From positions 17,360,001 through 17,424,000 of the forward strand of contig CM022678.1 in NCBI GenBank assembly GCA_012295275.1: a DNA stretch of 64,000 bases, in the 5' to 3' direction. Both the position numbers and the translations under genes were made by a program. The notes under the pieces are model-generated. The model did not search any database. It saw only the letters and a program-made list of their open reading frames with translations, and was not told the origin of the DNA. This stretch comes from Chrysomallon squamiferum. Taxonomy: Eukaryota; Animalia; Mollusca. Positions within the stretch are counted from its first letter, which is position 1, and every line of letters starts with the position of its first letter. Positions 60,345-64,000 of this stretch are shown in pieces.

Positions 60345-60556
60345 TGGCTGTTTTTACACAAAATGTTTACATGCGTACACATTAATTCCACAGCTCTTTT
60401 GTTTTTGCATTCTGTTTTTACACAAAATACCTGTTTCTACAGCATGCTGTTTTTTTACACAAACAGTATTAACTAAATAACCTCCAACAGCATGCTGTTT
60501 TTAACACAAACAACAAACTGCTGCGCTCCAACAGCATGCTGTATTTTACACAAATG
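60345..60556. repeat. Degenerate tandem repeat (acagcatgctgttttttacacaaa core), 4-5 copies
   Basis: The core occurs at about 60439, 60487 and 60531, with partial copies at 60347 and 60407. Confidence 0.75.
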
Positions 60557-61177
60557 CTTACTAAGCAAACAAGCACACATCAAAGGATGTTTTTATCGTG
60601 TGTGTGTTGTTAGTATTTTTGTTAGTCTCATTTGATGAGTCATCCAGACTGAATAGAAAAACTGCACAGATAACAGAAGAGTGTTAATAACATTTTGATT
60701 AACGTAGCCAGTGTTTGGACGATGCTGTCAGCTTGCTACCTGCAGTGTGTTGTTACATTAAACCCGCAGTGGCCGATGTCTTCTCAGTAGATTGCTGAGC
60801 TTTATGATTAATCCAGCAGCAGCTACAGCAGCGCTGAATAATCCCTACATCGATTTCATCTCGGATTAACCTTTGACGATGGTTATGAAATCTGTGTAGT
60901 AAATGTGTCTGATTAAACAGCTGTGCATGTGTGTGTGTGTGTGTGTGACAGATTTTGTGAAAGGTGAATAGTTTATGAAGGTTGGAATGATGTTGTAGTT
61001 AGTATATTTTTGTAATATGGTTATCAGTTATTAATAAGTGAATGTGTGTAGGTGTGTGTGTGTGTGTGTTTATGTGCATGTGTTCATATATATATATTAT
61101 AGAGAGAGAGAGAGAGAGAGAGAGAGGTTTTTGTATTTTTTATATACATATATATGTTTATGTGCATGCATAGCTCT

Positions 61178-61209
<32 letters not shown>

Positions 61210-61366
61210 CTGTGTGTCTGTGTGTGTGTGTAGATGTGTGCATGCTTGTGTTGTGTGTTTGAACATATTTGTATGCCAGAGATTTCAAATCATTTTTTGA
61301 GGAGTTCAGGATAAAATAAGATGAACTACATATATATATATATATATACATACATATACATATACA

Positions 61367-61401
<35 letters not shown>

Positions 61402-62342
61402 ATGCGTCTAAATACTTACATCTAATAAGCACTAACGGTATACAGAGTACAAGGGATATGAGTACAAACAGAAGAAGGGGACTGGGGAGATCTCCACTAA
61501 AAGACTTGAATTTAATTTTAATATTTAATATTCACACTCACACAGAGTCTGGTTGTCTTTAATGTTTATTTTACAGTTTGTTCTAGCAGCCACACCTTCC
61601 ACACCTTCCACTTAAACTGACACAGGTAAAAAATATGTAATTTCTGTTAAAAGGACACAAGTAGTGGACGAGTTTATTTTTACTACATTTCTAAAACAAA
61701 AATCATTTCTTTAGGTTTTCTTTAAAACAAATCATATTTTTGACTCTTGATGAAATGTTTATTTATTGTAAGCCTGAAAGATGTGGCATGATGTGGTATA
61801 TTCCATTCCCTACATATATAACAAATAGTGTATCAGTATAAAAGTGAAAATTAAAAAATGGATTTCATCCTATTACTTAATAATACTCAGAAAGTAATTT
61901 ATTGGATTTTCTAAAAAATGTAATATAGCTAAATTTTATAACACACAGCTATTTTATATATGAATTGCAGAAATATATCTAAAATGTCATAATATATATA
62001 TATACTTGTTTTATATGTGAATTATAGAAAGATATATAAATGTTAAAATATACAGCTATTTTATATATGAATTATTGAAATAAATCTAAATTTCATAATA
62101 TACATGTTTTTGTGTGTTTATGTGTGTATCTGTGTGTGTGTATGTGTGCATGCGTATCTGTGTATCTATGTCTGTTTGTGTTTCTATTTGGAAACAAATA
62201 TTCTGTTGTTTTTAGGGTTTTTTTTGTATGTCTGATTAGACTGCATACAGACAAAACCCTGGCACAGGAAGATGAAGTGAAATCTCCACCCCACAGAACT
62301 CAGATTCCTCTGATGAGATTAGAGGACGTGGCACATATTAAC

Positions 62343-62359
62343 CTGCCCTCTGTTGGCAG
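62343..62359 (-). promoter_or_regulatory. CTCF-like motif
   Basis: Minus strand CTGCCAACAGAGGGCAG is close to the CTCF core consensus. Confidence 0.4.
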
Positions 62360-63348
62360 ATGACAATACCACTGAACTAGAGAAAAAAAACTAAATAGTT
62401 GATGGTAAACATCACTTCCTATTTAGTCCTTATTAATGATTTTACTAATTGTGAATAAACAGTGGCTTTAAATTAGACTCAGCCCATTTAGGCGTTTTGC
62501 GTCATTCAGTAAATTATACATCATTTTGAGATTCTGATTTTATCTAGAGACATGAAATCATCAACAATGTCTGAATATTGAGCACTGATTGGAACGAGAT
62601 ATAAATAATTATAATCAGAATGGAGGAAGAAACATAAAATATTCAGTTTAATCTTGTATAATACTGATGGTTTGTTAAAAATGGTTTATGGTTGAAATAA
62701 TAAAAAAAAGAAAAAAAAGATGATGATCAAAATAATGATGAAGATGATGATGATGATAATAAAAATAATAAAAATAAAAATAAAAATAATAATCACAACA
62801 GCAACAGCAACAACAATAATAATAAAATGTACTTTGCTAAAAACATTTTTAATTTGTACCTAATTGACAAAATATTTTTGTCAATAAATTTAATTATTTT
62901 AATGTTTGTCTTTTATTTTTCTGTTGCTTATTTCATTTTATTTTTCTTAAATGTACACATCTCTACTGAACATTATATAATACTACTGATTTGCCAGAAA
63001 TTTTACACTAATAAAAAAACACACAAGTAGTGATATCCAATAAAAAGTATTTTTATCTGTTGAACGTGAAAACACACAGTAAACAATTTTATCCATTATT
63101 TTAGCTTTGCACAAATTTTCTCCATTATTTTGTGAGGATGTGGGAGAGTTGTTGCCCCTTTTCCCCTGAGGGTCATTTACTTGTTTACTCATGACTGAGC
63201 CTTGATTTGGAAAAACAGAAAATCCACATAACATGGATCATCTGTACTGTGAACTTGTGAGATAAATGCACTGATGTCTTGTATAGTTATAGACACACTT
63301 TTTCTTTTATTTGTTTATTTATTTACTTATTTTGTTATTTTGTTATAC

Positions 63349-63396
<48 letters not shown>

Positions 63397-64000
63397 AAAA
63401 AATGTTATCACATTTATTTTCAATAAAAATCACTGAAAAGAAAACCAATTTCAGTTTTCTAAACAGACATACAAGCTTATTTTGTCCACATATTCAGAAA
63501 TTTGTTATCATTTATCGTTTGAAATTAATGCTTTTTTTCTTAAACGATTAAACGAAGGTTATAAAGTGAGGGTCGAATGATTCACTAAGTACGTCTAATG
63601 ACTAAGAAAACATCTGATATCAGACTGCACAGCTGACTGATGTTAGTCACTTTTCAGAGTGGACGTTCATTTATACCCTAGCGATATTGTGCACACATAA
63701 ATGCATGCATGTGTGACTGTCAGCATTTGTCATTGATTTATTAGGTATGAGTGTATGTGTACATTTATTGTGTATATGTTCATGTATATATAATGTATGT
63801 ATGTATGTAACATGCATGCATGCGTGTGTGTGTGTGTGTATGTGTATTAAGTGTATGTTGTATGTTCTTGTCTATGTGCATGTTGTATGTGTGTGTGTGT
63901 GTGCGTGTGCATTTTAGGAATTACTGTCTGATTAAACTCTGCACATAGACATTAATCAGAACTCACTGGCAAAGGAGGACAAAGTCCAATCAGCACCTCA

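Noticed and set aside
62112-63234. Short ORFs 62112-62363 (+) and 62983-63234 (-) containing complex sequence
   Set aside because: No homology recognised and no paired splice sites.

Overview
This is AT-rich, microsatellite-dense animal genomic DNA; gene content and repeat style suggest a lophotrochozoan, probably a mollusc (inference). Almost all ORFs in the supplied track are artefacts of simple repeats. I reconstructed three intron-containing genes by hand, all on the minus strand. (1) The 5' part of ribosomal protein S8 (RPS8), with a 5'TOP tract and a U51/SNORD51-like box C/D snoRNA in intron 2. (2) A complete odd-skipped-related (Osr) C2H2 transcription factor gene: 6 coding exons, 284 aa, 3 zinc fingers. 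It sits in a roughly 30 kb CpG-retaining region with many enhancer-like islands. (3) A complete Vac8-like armadillo-repeat gene: 13 coding exons, 590 aa, in a CpG-depleted region. Notable non-genic structure: a 22-copy array of a conserved 75-bp core with variable T-rich spacers at the boundary between the two CpG regimes, a tandem array of RFX X-box motifs upstream of the Vac8-like start exon, decayed copies of a Vac8-like exon inside the next intron, and several tRNA-derived SINE remnants. No prokaryotic-type system (CRISPR, operon, transposase) is supported.
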